Below, in pieces: positions 7,698 to 18,050 of a DNA stretch of 64,000 bases. The number at the start of each line of letters is the position of its first letter. The first letter of the stretch is position 1. Position numbers and translations under genes: made by a program. The stretch is from the IMG/VR virus record IMGVR_UViG_3300047157_000186; one strand, written 5' to 3'. Source of the DNA: a virus (lineage: Duplodnaviria; Caudoviricetes). The notes beneath the pieces were generated by a model. It saw only the letters and a program-made list of their open reading frames with translations, was not told the DNA's origin and did no database searches.

Positions 7698-8090
7698 ATG
7701 TCAAAAATTCCAAAAATTTACAAGCACGGCATCGAGATCACTAAACCTTGGTCAAGAGAGATGTATAAATATAATCAAGAAGTTTCTTCTCATATGATTA
7801 AAGAAATTGAATTTGCTATTAATGCGCTTAGCGATTTAGATACAGCTAAAACACTAGGTAAGATTATCATGTCATCAGGATATGGTTATGGTTTTACTTT
7901 AGAATCTATCAAAGAAGATCTTCTAAAAAATATCGATGGCATCGAAACATGGTGGTTAAACGAAATTTGGGATGATTTAATCATATCTAATTTTGTACAG
8001 CCTAATTTTGGTGAAGGCAATGAAGTATTTCACATCATTGGATTTGAATCAAAAGAAGAGATTAAAGAATTAAGAGCTAAATTTGCATAA
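7698..8090 (+). CDS. hypothetical protein
   Basis: 130 aa ORF after a promoter. Confidence 0.7.
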   Translation: MSKIPKIYKHGIEITKPWSREMYKYNQEVSSHMIKEIEFAINALSDLDTAKTLGKIIMSSGYGYGFTLESIKEDLLKNIDGIETWWLNEIWDDLIISNFVQPNFGEGNEVFHIIGFESKEEIKELRAKFA

Positions 8091-8265
8091 TATGAAAAAG
8101 CTAAAATCAAGATTGCTGACTTACCTATTTACAGATTGGGTAAAAACTGAAGAAGATGTTGAAACTTTGATCATGACAAGAAATATGATTGAGCAACGTA
8201 AAAATAAAATTGTTGGCCACACGCCTGTTATGGGTTTTAGAAGCCACTTAAATAACGATTTATAA
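8083..8265 (+). CDS. hypothetical protein
   Basis: Short ORF in the operon. Confidence 0.55.
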   Translation: MHNMKKLKSRLLTYLFTDWVKTEEDVETLIMTRNMIEQRKNKIVGHTPVMGFRSHLNNDL

Positions 8266-8382
8266 TATGAGAAAAATAAAATCAATTGTACAAAATATAG
8301 ATAGCGTAGATATTGTATTAACCGTAGCCTTTGGATTATACATGATTCTACTAGTTAGTAATCTTTTAAAAATGATATAATT

Positions 8383-9678
8383 ATGAGAACAGATTTCCAA
8401 TTAATACATGATTTCGTTGAAGTTTCAAATTCAACTAATTCAAACACAGACAAAATAAATGTCTTAAAAGAATATAGTCAATATGAATCGGTTAGAAATG
8501 CGCTGTACTACACATATAATACATATCTTCAATATGGTGTAACTTCAGCAAACTGTAAAAAGAATTCAGATTTGTTAGGTCATCCTAATACTTATGGTGA
8601 TTTCTTTCTTTTACTTAATGATCTGAATGACAGAGTAGTCACTGGTCACAACGCAATTGCTAATGTTAATCGATATGTTAGAGAAAATCCACTATTCGAG
8701 GATTTAATCTGGAACATTCTGGATCGTAATCTTAAGACAAGATCAACTGCATCTACTATTAATAAGGCAATTCCTAATCTTATCCCAACATTTGATGTTG
8801 CATTAGCAAAAGCATTTGATGAAAAAACTCAAAAGAAAGTTGATTGGAATGATGGATGGCAAGTTAGTCGTAAATTAGATGGATGTCGATGTATTTGTAT
8901 TATTGATGGTGATGGAGAACCTAAGTTTTTCTCAAGATCAGGAAAAGAATTCTTAACACTTGATAATTTAAAACCAGAGTTGAGAGCATTGAATCTTTCC
9001 AATATGGTTTTTGATGGAGAGATTTGTATGTTAGATGAAAACGGAGATGAGGATTTCCAAAATATTATTAAAGAAATTAAACGTAAAGATCACACTATTG
9101 AAAATCCATATTATTGGATGTTTGATTTTCTAACTCTTAAAGAATTTCAAGATAAAACTAGTTTGACTACATTTAATGAGCGTATTAATAATCTATATAA
9201 TATTGTTGAAGATGGACATCAATTTATTGGAGTTCTTGAGCAATTAGATTGTGATGATGAAGTATTCTCTAGAATGATGGATATGTCAAAAGAAGGTGGA
9301 TGGGAAGGACTTATGTTACGTAAGAACACTGCATATAAAGGTAAAAGATCTGATGAGGTTCTTAAAGTAAAACAAATGCACGATGAAGAATATATTGTAG
9401 TTGGTGTAGAAAACGACATTCAAAGAGTTATTGTTGATGGCGCAGAAGTTTCTGAATTAATGTTAAAGAATATTATTATAGAACATAAAGGAAATCCTGT
9501 TCAAGTTGGAAGTGGTTTTAATCATGATCAAAGACGTCATTATTTTCAGAATCCAAATGAAATAGTTGGGAAACAAGTTACTATCCAATACTTTGAAGAA
9601 ACAACAAATATGAATGGTACTAATTCACTAAGATTTCCTGTAATTAAAGCTATTTATGAAACTACTAGAGACTTTTAA
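8383..9678 (+). CDS. lig: ATP-dependent DNA ligase
   Basis: Motif I RKLDG, FDGE, EGLMLR, LLKVK-like VLKVK, GSG and LRFPV. Confidence 0.95.
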   Translation: MRTDFQLIHDFVEVSNSTNSNTDKINVLKEYSQYESVRNALYYTYNTYLQYGVTSANCKKNSDLLGHPNTYGDFFLLLNDLNDRVVTGHNAIANVNRYVRENPLFEDLIWNILDRNLKTRSTASTINKAIPNLIPTFDVALAKAFDEKTQKKVDWNDGWQVSRKLDGCRCICIIDGDGEPKFFSRSGKEFLTLDNLKPELRALNLSNMVFDGEICMLDENGDEDFQNIIKEIKRKDHTIENPYYWMFDFLTLKEFQDKTSLTTFNERINNLYNIVEDGHQFIGVLEQLDCDDEVFSRMMDMSKEGGWEGLMLRKNTAYKGKRSDEVLKVKQMHDEEYIVVGVENDIQRVIVDGAEVSELMLKNIIIEHKGNPVQVGSGFNHDQRRHYFQNPNEIVGKQVTIQYFEETTNMNGTNSLRFPVIKAIYETTRDF

Positions 9679-9722
9679 AAAATGAATAGATACTATTAGA
9701 GTATTGAAAAACATTTAATATT

Positions 9723-10328
9723 TTGAAGATATTTGTAGCGCCACCTAAAGGCCTAAAAGAAAAGGAAATGTATATTAATTGGATTAAATCTGAAGGATTC
9801 GATCCAATCATTCTGGATCTTAGGTACAAAAATCTTGATGCACCACTACTTTTATGTGGAGGAGCAGATATTGGCAAAAATATAGAAAGAGATCAAAAAG
9901 AATTACATTGGATAGAATTAGCCATAGAATGTGAACAGCCAATAATTGGAATTTGTAAAGGTATGCAAATTTTAAATTATTATTTTGGAGGAAAGGTTGA
10001 AGATTTATTAGAAAGAGTTGTTGAATTTCACCAAAGCGATGTTTTCTCTGAAGATGTTGATCATAGTGGAAAACAATCACAATATCATTACGTAAAAGAT
10101 CTAGAAGATGGTATGTTTGAAGTTAATTCAAGACATCACCAATGGTGTTCAAAGATAGCACCTAATTTTAAAATAACATGTATGTCATTTGATGGATATT
10201 ATATTCCTGAGGCAATAGAGGACGAAGAAAAGAAAATCCTTGCAGTTCAATGGCACCCAGAACGAGAAGAGTGTGCTGTGAATTACAATCTGTTTAAATA
10301 TGTGAAACAATATAGATTTAAACGATAA
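9723..10328 (+). CDS. class I glutamine amidotransferase / peptidase C26 family
   Basis: LLLCGGADI, GICKGMQ, VNSRHHQ, QWHPE. Confidence 0.85.
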   Translation: MKIFVAPPKGLKEKEMYINWIKSEGFDPIILDLRYKNLDAPLLLCGGADIGKNIERDQKELHWIELAIECEQPIIGICKGMQILNYYFGGKVEDLLERVVEFHQSDVFSEDVDHSGKQSQYHYVKDLEDGMFEVNSRHHQWCSKIAPNFKITCMSFDGYYIPEAIEDEEKKILAVQWHPEREECAVNYNLFKYVKQYRFKR

Positions 10329-10355
10329 AATAAATATAAAAAATAGTTATAATTT

Positions 10356-10994
10356 ATGAAAATACCTAAGAAAATTCATCAAGTTTGGATTGGAGAAAAA
10401 GAGCCACCAGCATGGTGTGTGAAATTTGGAGAAGAGATGCAAGCCATGCATCCTGATTGGGAATATACATTATGGACACATGATATGGTCTTTAATGATG
10501 TCTATAAAAATGATAAGTTTTTACAAAATTATATAACAGAGCCAGAAGTTTATAAATGGGCTTTTATTGCAGATAGAGTTAGAATACTTATACTTAGAGA
10601 TTATGGTGGAGTTTACTGTGATTTAGATGCAAAACCTATCAGACCATTTGATGAATGTTTAGCACACCTTTCACCACAACACACATTCTTTGCAGGTATG
10701 AAACCTACACAAGAAAATAACACATTAATAGATTGTACAGTTTATGGTTCTGCACCAAATAGTAGAGTTATTAATGAATGTTTAGAATGTTATGGAGATA
10801 ATATTTATTGGGCACATGGATGTAAGACATTTAATAATCAGATTATCAAAACAATGGACACTGATGTTGCATTATTTGGATATGAATGGTTTTACGATGA
10901 TAAAGTAACTGATAAAACAATAGTATTACATGACGTCGAAGAAACAAGATTGTTCTCTTGGGTGGATGGCGATAAATATAAGAAAAACTGGTAA
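10356..10994 (+). CDS. glycosyltransferase family 32 (DXD)
   Basis: IPKKIHQVW, DRVRILIL..YGGVYCDLD. Confidence 0.85.
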   Translation: MKIPKKIHQVWIGEKEPPAWCVKFGEEMQAMHPDWEYTLWTHDMVFNDVYKNDKFLQNYITEPEVYKWAFIADRVRILILRDYGGVYCDLDAKPIRPFDECLAHLSPQHTFFAGMKPTQENNTLIDCTVYGSAPNSRVINECLECYGDNIYWAHGCKTFNNQIIKTMDTDVALFGYEWFYDDKVTDKTIVLHDVEETRLFSWVDGDKYKKNW

Positions 10995-10997
10995 AGA

Positions 10998-11252
10998 ATG
11001 TACGGACAATCAATAGAAAATTCATATCAATTATTATCTGGAGGTGCAACACTTGAACAATTATTAGTGTATTTGTCCTTTATAATTGTTGAAGAAGGTC
11101 AAGAATTTCCTGATGATATGATGCCAGTATTTTTTATAGAACCCGATGCAACACCAACTGAAGATGATTTAGATGAAATGATTTCATATTTTGAGAAACA
11201 AGAAGAATATGAAAAGTGTTTATATCTAAAGGAATTCAAACATAAATTATAG
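10998..11252 (+). CDS. hypothetical protein
   Basis: Acidic 84 aa ORF, C-terminal FEKQEEYEKC. Confidence 0.6.
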   Translation: MYGQSIENSYQLLSGGATLEQLLVYLSFIIVEEGQEFPDDMMPVFFIEPDATPTEDDLDEMISYFEKQEEYEKCLYLKEFKHKL

Positions 11253-11269
11253 TATTTGATATATAATAC

Positions 11270-12439
11270 ATGAGATTAGTAGAATCATTTAAAAATTTTA
11301 AGCTTTTATTAGAAGCCAACAATTCTCTTAAATTAAATGTTCCAAAGGATATTTTAGAATTGCATAAACTATTTAAACAAAATGGCAAGGAATTGTTTAT
11401 TGTGGGTGGTGCAGTGAGAGATGCATTGCTAGGTAAAAAGCCAAAGGATTTTGATTTGGCAACTGATGCGTTTCCTGCAGAAGTTATAGATATTGTTACT
11501 AACGCTGGTTACTCAACTACTGGAGAAGTTGGTCATCAATTTGGAGTAGTTATTGTAAATGTACCTTCGGATCCAGCGGGTGTTGAGATTGCAACATTTA
11601 GAGAAGATGTTGGAAAGGGAAGAAGACCAGATGCAGTGGAATATTCTACAATTGATAAAGATGTATTAAGAAGAGATCTAACAATTAATGCACTATTTTA
11701 TGATATGGGCAGAAAAGAGATTGTAGATTTAGTTGGAGGTTTAGATGATATAAAAAACTCAAAAATTAGAACAGTTGGTGTCGCCGCAGATAGATTTGCA
11801 GAAGATCCACTTAGAAAATTAAGGGCGTTGCGATTTGCAGGTAGAACAGGATCAAAATTAGAAAAAGAAACTGCAGATGCTATTTTAATCGATAATAGTT
11901 TAGAAGGTATTAGTTCTGAAAGAATTAGAGATGAATTTAAGAAATCTATTGTTTCTGCAAAATCAGCAAAGAGTTATTTAAACATGGTATCAGAATTTAA
12001 TTTGTGGTCAATCATGTTTCCATCTTTACAAATTAACGAAAAGTTTATTAACACTAACAATTGGATAGTACAGATTGCAATTCTATTTAGTAATAATGAT
12101 AATGATACAATACAGAAGGAATTAAATAAAGCATCGTTTACAAACGGTGAAATTGATTCAATATTATTCCTAAAGAGTTTAATGACGTTTGATATAAATG
12201 ATGTATTTAATTTACATAAACAATATATGAAGATTCAAATATCTTCTAAATTAGACACCAAAACTATTCTAGAATTTGCAAAAATTAATAAACTCGACAC
12301 TAAAACTTTAAAAGTGTTCTTTAAATATAAACCATCAACCAAAGGTGGAGATGTCATGAAAAAGTTTGGCTTAAAAGGATCTGCAATATCCGATAAGATC
12401 AATCAAATAGAAGCAGAGAAGTTCAGAAGTCTTATTTAG
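11270..12439 (+). CDS. cca: tRNA CCA-adding enzyme (class II nucleotidyltransferase)
   Basis: VGGAVRD.LLG..PKDFDLAT, RRDLTINAL, EDPLR.LRALRFA. Confidence 0.9.
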   Translation: MRLVESFKNFKLLLEANNSLKLNVPKDILELHKLFKQNGKELFIVGGAVRDALLGKKPKDFDLATDAFPAEVIDIVTNAGYSTTGEVGHQFGVVIVNVPSDPAGVEIATFREDVGKGRRPDAVEYSTIDKDVLRRDLTINALFYDMGRKEIVDLVGGLDDIKNSKIRTVGVAADRFAEDPLRKLRALRFAGRTGSKLEKETADAILIDNSLEGISSERIRDEFKKSIVSAKSAKSYLNMVSEFNLWSIMFPSLQINEKFINTNNWIVQIAILFSNNDNDTIQKELNKASFTNGEIDSILFLKSLMTFDINDVFNLHKQYMKIQISSKLDTKTILEFAKINKLDTKTLKVFFKYKPSTKGGDVMKKFGLKGSAISDKINQIEAEKFRSLI

Positions 12440-12505
12440 ATCAAATAAGTATTTTACAAGATATATACATTGTAGCATTATGCATAAAAAATACATTGTT
12501 ATACA

Positions 12506-12799
12506 ATGGCAAAAGAATTAAATGAAGACAGCGGAATTAAAGTTAGTGTAAAAACACTAATCGCAATAGCTGTGGCAATCACAACAGTGGTAAGTTTTTG
12601 GTTCGCATTCCAAGCTCAACTCGATGATATGAGAGATGAGATAGAAGCAGCTAAAACTCTACCAGCTCCTAACATTTCTAGAACTGAATATGAACTCAAA
12701 GATGAGTTAGTACGTTCTACAATATTAAATACACAAGAAGATGTAGAAGAAATGAAAGAGGATTTAAAGGCAATTGAAAAACATCTTCGTAACAGATAA
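12506..12799 (+). CDS. single-TM coiled-coil protein
   Basis: N-terminal hydrophobic helix followed by heptad-like region. Confidence 0.6.
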   Translation: MAKELNEDSGIKVSVKTLIAIAVAITTVVSFWFAFQAQLDDMRDEIEAAKTLPAPNISRTEYELKDELVRSTILNTQEDVEEMKEDLKAIEKHLRNR

Positions 12800-12800
12800 C

Positions 12801-13910
12801 ATGAAAAAACTATTATTACTTATTATCGCGTTGGTATCATTTAGTACTGCGGACGCACAGATTACAAAGAAGGTTAAGAAATTCTTTAAATACTCTACTA
12901 TTTATGGAGTTGCTGGAGAAGCACAACCACAAACTAGCACACAAAAAACTTATTTCGTAGATCAAGGTGGAGAACTATTTGATGTTACACCAGATGCTGA
13001 AACTAATTATTCTTATGGTTTTGGTATTAGAAAGGTTGCAAGATTTGATTATGAGAATAAACCTAATGCGTTCTATGATGGTACAGAAATCCAAACAGGA
13101 TTAAGTTCTAATATAGGTGCTGTTAAAGGTTGGGAATATAAATTCCAATGGGAATGGGCAAGACAGTTTGGTAATGAATACACAAGAGAAGATATATTTC
13201 TTAGATATTTAGGAGATAACTTTATCTTTAAACTAGAACAAATGCAAGATGGTCTTGCAGATTTGGATTACAGGGCAGTAGATCTTAGATGGAGAAAACC
13301 AATAGGTAAAAAACTTAACCTTTCTATCGGTGCTGCATTTAGAACACATAGACCTTATGGTTACTTACCAATTGCAGATTACTTAGATGATAATCCATGG
13401 TGGCAATTAGCATACGACAATGGTTACAATGATAACTATTATGGTATCGATTATGATAACGATGGAGAATTAGATAACTTTGATTTCTTTTGGAATGATG
13501 AAAATGGTGAGAGAGTTTCAGATACAGATTTAGATTTTAGAACTAATGTATTCGGTGGTATTGTAAATGACTTTAATAGAGAAAGACTTATACAAATTGA
13601 AGATCTTGGTACAATATCTCCAGTAATTGGATTAGATTTTTATCATTATTCACAAGATGGAAATAACTGGGCACACATTTACACTTCAGTTATGCCATAT
13701 CACCAACAGGTTATGGGTAACAAAGACTTTTCTTATGGTAAGTTTATTAGTGAAGGAGAAGATGCGCAATGGACTGATTTTACAATCGGTGCAATGACAG
13801 GATGGAAAATAACAAAGAAGTTAGGTGTTTTTGCAGAAATGAATTATCTACAATATTGGGATAGACAAGTATTTACTGCTAAAGCTGGCTTAAACTTCCA
13901 ATTTAGATAA
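12801..13910 (+). CDS. secreted protein, probable outer-membrane beta-barrel
   Basis: Signal peptide MKKLLLLIIALVSFSTADA, alternating aromatic strands, C-terminal AGLNFQFR. Confidence 0.6.
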   Translation: MKKLLLLIIALVSFSTADAQITKKVKKFFKYSTIYGVAGEAQPQTSTQKTYFVDQGGELFDVTPDAETNYSYGFGIRKVARFDYENKPNAFYDGTEIQTGLSSNIGAVKGWEYKFQWEWARQFGNEYTREDIFLRYLGDNFIFKLEQMQDGLADLDYRAVDLRWRKPIGKKLNLSIGAAFRTHRPYGYLPIADYLDDNPWWQLAYDNGYNDNYYGIDYDNDGELDNFDFFWNDENGERVSDTDLDFRTNVFGGIVNDFNRERLIQIEDLGTISPVIGLDFYHYSQDGNNWAHIYTSVMPYHQQVMGNKDFSYGKFISEGEDAQWTDFTIGAMTGWKITKKLGVFAEMNYLQYWDRQVFTAKAGLNFQFR

Positions 13911-13912
13911 TT

Positions 13913-14320
13913 ATGAAAAAGATAGTAATTGTATTTTTATTAGCATTTGGATTAATGGCATCGTCTACGATAGCAGATTCAACTAATGCAGGAATAACTG
14001 AGGGAGAACCAAAGTATTTAACTTCTGACACATTTAGCAAGTCTATTAATACAGGTATAGTTATTGTAGAATTTGTAGCCTCTTTTGTTGAGCCATTTTC
14101 AGAATGGGAAGCAATAGAAGATGGAACATATTACAGAGTAGATATTGAAAAATACCCAGATCTTAAAAAGAAATACAAGGTAAGATCTATTCCAACTATT
14201 TTAGTATTCAATAACGGAAGTAAAGAATTAACATATCGTGCAAACATTATGTTAGAATTAGATGTAACTGCTGAAGAAATTCACGAAGACATAGAAGATA
14301 TATTCTCCGATAAATTTTAA
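13913..14320 (+). CDS. exported thioredoxin-fold protein lacking CxxC
   Basis: Signal peptide; IVEFVASFVEP replaces VDFWAxWCGP; retains VRSIPTILVF. Confidence 0.65.
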   Translation: MKKIVIVFLLAFGLMASSTIADSTNAGITEGEPKYLTSDTFSKSINTGIVIVEFVASFVEPFSEWEAIEDGTYYRVDIEKYPDLKKKYKVRSIPTILVFNNGSKELTYRANIMLELDVTAEEIHEDIEDIFSDKF

Positions 14321-14350
14321 TTGAAACTTTTTTAAAAATAAATCACCCAG

Positions 14351-14412
14351 ATTTTTTTATGTCATTTATTTGTGGTATATTAGTAGTATACTAATGGAGG
14401 TTAATACCTCAC
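14351..14412 (+). promoter_or_regulatory. class-1 promoter repeat with GAGGT/ACCTC leader hairpin
   Basis: TATATTAG at 14376. Confidence 0.7.
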
Positions 14413-14424
14413 CAAACACAAATT

Positions 14425-14787
14425 ATGTCAAACACTTCTACTTTTACATTCCCTTACGATAATTGTTATGGCGACGTATTTGCTATAGTAAATACAGTTG
14501 ATGCTACTTATGTATGTCCAGGTTGGCACCCGGTTCCTAAAGGAACTACTAGAGATCAGATTAAGTTTGACAAAAGTACTAAAATAGAAAAACCAAAACC
14601 TGTGTCAGTGATCACTAAAACTAAAACTGAAAACAGATCATGGAAAGTAGAGTCTTCTAAGCCTGGAAAATTCTATGATGTTACTGAAACAAACGGTGTT
14701 TGGGGATGTAATTGTCCAGCAATGAATTTCTTTAGAGGAGATTGTAAACACATTAAGGCTAAAAAAAGTGAAAAAATATTAGCATAG
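14425..14787 (+). CDS. SWIM zinc-finger protein
   Basis: CNCPAMNFFRGDCKH fits CxCx(n)CxH. Confidence 0.75.
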   Translation: MSNTSTFTFPYDNCYGDVFAIVNTVDATYVCPGWHPVPKGTTRDQIKFDKSTKIEKPKPVSVITKTKTENRSWKVESSKPGKFYDVTETNGVWGCNCPAMNFFRGDCKHIKAKKSEKILA

Positions 14788-14825
14788 ATTTTTTTATGTC
14801 AATATTTTTTGGTATATTAGTAGAG
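14788..14825 (+). promoter_or_regulatory. class-1 promoter repeat
   Basis: TATATTAG at 14813. Confidence 0.65.
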
Positions 14826-14846
14826 TATTAATCAAAACAAATAAAA

Positions 14847-15215
14847 ATGAACAAATTACAATCTCTTAAATGTGTTGAAGTAACTTCACAACGACAAGCT
14901 GACAATGGTACAATATGTTATCATGACCCAATTACAAATTGTGACTATCTTTCTTATGAAAGTGGTTATATTCGCAGAAGTTACAAAACTAAGTTACTAT
15001 CATCTGCTGCCAGGTCTTATTATGGTGGTAAATTTCATGAAACCATCTATCAATTAAATCCACAGCGCAAAGGTTACTACAAATCATCTTACAATGGTAA
15101 AATTTACGAAACCACAGCACGTGTGATGATTCAAGATCCTAAAGAACGCATGGATCGCCTTGCAAAAGCAGTTGTTAATTATCGTAATACCAAAAAAAAT
15201 AATCAATCAAATTAA
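14847..15215 (+). CDS. hypothetical protein
   Basis: ORF after a promoter. Confidence 0.7.
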   Translation: MNKLQSLKCVEVTSQRQADNGTICYHDPITNCDYLSYESGYIRRSYKTKLLSSAARSYYGGKFHETIYQLNPQRKGYYKSSYNGKIYETTARVMIQDPKERMDRLAKAVVNYRNTKKNNQSN

Positions 15216-15225
15216 TTCATATAAC

Positions 15226-15468
15226 ATGTCAGAAAACGAAAAATACATTACCCCTAGAGAAAAAGAACTTTTAAAAGGTTTAAACACCAAAGCTACTTTA
15301 CTTTTAGAATTTGAAGAAATCTGTAAAGAGCAAAAAATGCCATTCAATCCAGTATATATGGACACTCTAAATGAACAAGATCTCAGAGAGTTAATATATA
15401 ACTTTTCACCAGAAGGTCAAGCTGAATTGAAAAAAAGAATCAAATATGAAACCAAATTTAAAAAGTAG
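15226..15468 (+). CDS. hypothetical protein
   Basis: Probable start MSENEK at 15226. Confidence 0.6.
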   Translation: MSENEKYITPREKELLKGLNTKATLLLEFEEICKEQKMPFNPVYMDTLNEQDLRELIYNFSPEGQAELKKRIKYETKFKK

Positions 15469-15509
15469 CATATAAAAAATGTCTCTAAACCAAAGAACAG
15501 TATAGATTT

Positions 15510-15785
15510 ATGAAAAAACCAACTGTAATATATTATTTACATTATTATGACGAAGATCATAGAGAACGAGCATTTAATAAGTTCCAAGATTTTACGATTT
15601 GCGTGATGGCTGAAAATAACGCCGAAGCTATTGAAAAAGCTAAACTTATTTCAGGTAATGATAATATTAAAATTATGGGAATCTCAACTGGAAAAGAAGA
15701 ATGGGTAAATGAGAAAGCGCCAATGGGAACAGGTGAAGAAATAATGCCACTTGGAGGATGGGAAAGAAATAAATATGGAAAGTAA
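15510..15785 (+). CDS. hypothetical protein
   Basis: 91 aa ORF. Confidence 0.6.
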   Translation: MKKPTVIYYLHYYDEDHRERAFNKFQDFTICVMAENNAEAIEKAKLISGNDNIKIMGISTGKEEWVNEKAPMGTGEEIMPLGGWERNKYGK

Positions 15786-16022
15786 AGAGTATCACGAAAC
15801 GTGTAATATATGCGGAGACAATATACCAAGTGGTTTATTATTAACTAACATTTGTGTTAATTGTTTAGTTAGACCAAAAAATAATGACAATCATGGAAAA
15901 TAAAGGCAAAAAATTAAAAGAAGTAAATCTAACACTACAAGAGTGGTTGGATGCTCTTCGTATGCCTACTCCAGTTAGAAATAAGAAAAAGTATAGACGC
16001 ACAAAAAAACACAAGAACAGAG

Positions 16023-16205
16023 ATGACTAAACATCGCCACGCTCGAAGAGAAGACGAATCAGTTACAAGTTGGATAGAAAGAATATCCTATAAAGATGAG
16101 AGTTGGCTCAAAAAAGCAAAAAGGCGAAGAAAGTTTAGATGGTATTATGATCTTAAGTTTTATATTCAATTAAAATTAATTATTTTTAAAAAGAAATTCA
16201 AATGA
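16023..16205 (+). CDS. small basic hypothetical protein
   Basis: Probable start MTKHRH at 16023. Confidence 0.45.
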   Translation: MTKHRHARREDESVTSWIERISYKDESWLKKAKRRRKFRWYYDLKFYIQLKLIIFKKKFK

Positions 16206-16879
16206 ACAAAATAGTAGTAATAGGAGACATTCACGGACACGATAGTTGGAAGAAACTTATCGAGTTAAATCCTGATGCTACAGAGTTTGTATTTATTGGA
16301 GACTACTTTGATTCATTCTCAATTCCACATGTAGAACAAATCTATAATTACAAAGAGATTATTGCATGGAAGGAATCTACTGATGTTAAAGTAACTATGC
16401 TGATCGGTAATCATGACTTTCACTATATGTCAGATTGTGGTGGAAGATATGGTGGATATAATGTATGGCACGCACCAGAAATTGGTGAACTCTTAAAAGA
16501 AACTAAAGAACATTTACAAGTAGCATATCAGGTAGATAAGTTTTTATTTACACATGCTGGCGTTTCGAAAGAATGGTATGACACCAATTTCCCAGAAGGT
16601 GGTAATATCCCAGAACAAATTAATGATCTTTGGTCTTATGATAAGAGATCGTTTAATCACAGTGGCATGGAAATGTATGGTAATTATGATGGTGAAGGTC
16701 CAATGTGGATTAGACCTCAAGCCCTAAGACGTAATCCTCTTAACGATACTATTGTACAAATCGTTGGACATACTAATATGTCATTAATTGACTATGATGA
16801 TAATCATTATTTTGTTGACGCACTCCCATATGAGTACATGACAATTAAAAATGGTGTTCCATTCATCCACAAATTATAG
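16202..16879 (+). CDS. calcineurin-like metallophosphoesterase (intact motifs)
   Basis: GDIHG, GDYFD, GNHD, THAG, GHT all present. Confidence 0.9.
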   Translation: MNKIVVIGDIHGHDSWKKLIELNPDATEFVFIGDYFDSFSIPHVEQIYNYKEIIAWKESTDVKVTMLIGNHDFHYMSDCGGRYGGYNVWHAPEIGELLKETKEHLQVAYQVDKFLFTHAGVSKEWYDTNFPEGGNIPEQINDLWSYDKRSFNHSGMEMYGNYDGEGPMWIRPQALRRNPLNDTIVQIVGHTNMSLIDYDDNHYFVDALPYEYMTIKNGVPFIHKL

Positions 16880-16880
16880 T

Positions 16881-16907
16881 GAAACAAATTAAATAATCTT
16901 AATATAA
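16881..16907 (+). promoter_or_regulatory. class-2 promoter motif (G/T)AAAC-N17/18-TATAA, representative copy
   Basis: Same spacing also at 17997, 23676, 29738, 43592, 46463, 48715 and 49823, each just upstream of a gene. Confidence 0.6.
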
Positions 16908-17103
16908 ATATAAACAATCAACAAAACATGAGTAAGACAAAACCAAATATCTTTAAATCAAGAACTAAAGAATGGGATCCTAACGAGTGGCAAGGAAGAT
17001 CTAAAAGACAAGTTGAAAATAATTATAAAGTAAATGATTATGTTATTAAAACAGGATTAGTTGCATTTTTATTATGGGCATTAACACAGATAATTTTATA
17101 AAT

Positions 17104-17304
17104 ATGACTAATTTAATAGAGTACGCAAACGAAGTTATTAAAAAATATCCAGTTCTAGAAAGTGATATACAAGGTTTATTAGATCTGTGTATTATGGAAA
17201 TTGAAGAAGGAAGTCCAGAAACACATGAGATAGAATTATGTTGGACAGATATAGATCAATTAGTGAAAGAAGAAGACGCTAAAATCTTATCTAGAAATAT
17301 ATGA
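17104..17304 (+). CDS. hypothetical protein
   Basis: Short acidic ORF. Confidence 0.55.
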   Translation: MTNLIEYANEVIKKYPVLESDIQGLLDLCIMEIEEGSPETHEIELCWTDIDQLVKEEDAKILSRNI

Positions 17305-17504
17305 GCCAAAAACCTAAATTAGATCAGTTTCATTATCATGAAATGTTGGATAGATTACATGTAATTATGTCTATGATAGATGATCATTTACAACAACATC
17401 CAGTAGCTAAAATAGAAACAGAAATAAAAGATCTAGTTAGTGCAGCTCAAGATAAGCTACATGAAGCATATCAAATAACAGGAACTCAAAATAAAACACA
17501 ATGA
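17301..17504 (+). CDS. hypothetical protein
   Basis: Overlapping start/stop in the operon. Confidence 0.6.
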   Translation: MSQKPKLDQFHYHEMLDRLHVIMSMIDDHLQQHPVAKIETEIKDLVSAAQDKLHEAYQITGTQNKTQ

Positions 17505-17612
17505 GCATGACAATAGCAGGAATTATATTCGGTTTAGTATGGGTTTGGATATTTAAAGAAATCAAAAATGCTCCACTTATGGATGATTACGGTAATATAA
17601 TAGAAGACAAAA

Positions 17613-17780
17613 ATGACAACAATAAAAAGAAATAAAAACAATAGGTATTTAGGAGGAGTTTGTGGAGGAATCGCAAGATGGTCAGATACATCAGCACTCG
17701 CATGGAGAATCATATTCTTATTAGTTCCATCAAGCTCACTAGTATATTTATTTTTATGGATCTTATTAAAAAAACAATAA
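17613..17780 (+). CDS. PspC-domain small membrane protein (55 aa)
   Basis: RNKNNRYLGGVCGGIARW...WRIIFLL...VYLFLWIL; missed by the ORF track. Confidence 0.75.
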   Translation: MTTIKRNKNNRYLGGVCGGIARWSDTSALAWRIIFLLVPSSSLVYLFLWILLKKQ

Positions 17781-17781
17781 T

Positions 17782-17988
17782 ATGGAAGGATATTATATAA
17801 GTGATGAGTATAGAACTAATTCAAAAAGTCTTGTTCCAGGAGGATGGGACGTTGAAGTAGAATATAAAACTCTAGAAAAGAGAATTTATTCCAATATTAA
17901 AAACACAGAAGCATACGCTAATCATATATTAGCATCTGATGAAAATGTAAAATCAGTAACAGTAATCGGAGAAAGTAAAAAAGATTAA
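17782..17988 (+). CDS. hypothetical protein
   Basis: 68 aa ORF. Confidence 0.6.
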   Translation: MEGYYISDEYRTNSKSLVPGGWDVEVEYKTLEKRIYSNIKNTEAYANHILASDENVKSVTVIGESKKD

Positions 17989-18050
17989 AAAAAGTTGAAA
18001 CAAATCAATTTAGCAGAGTATAACAGGTATAAATTTAAAAAACAAATATT

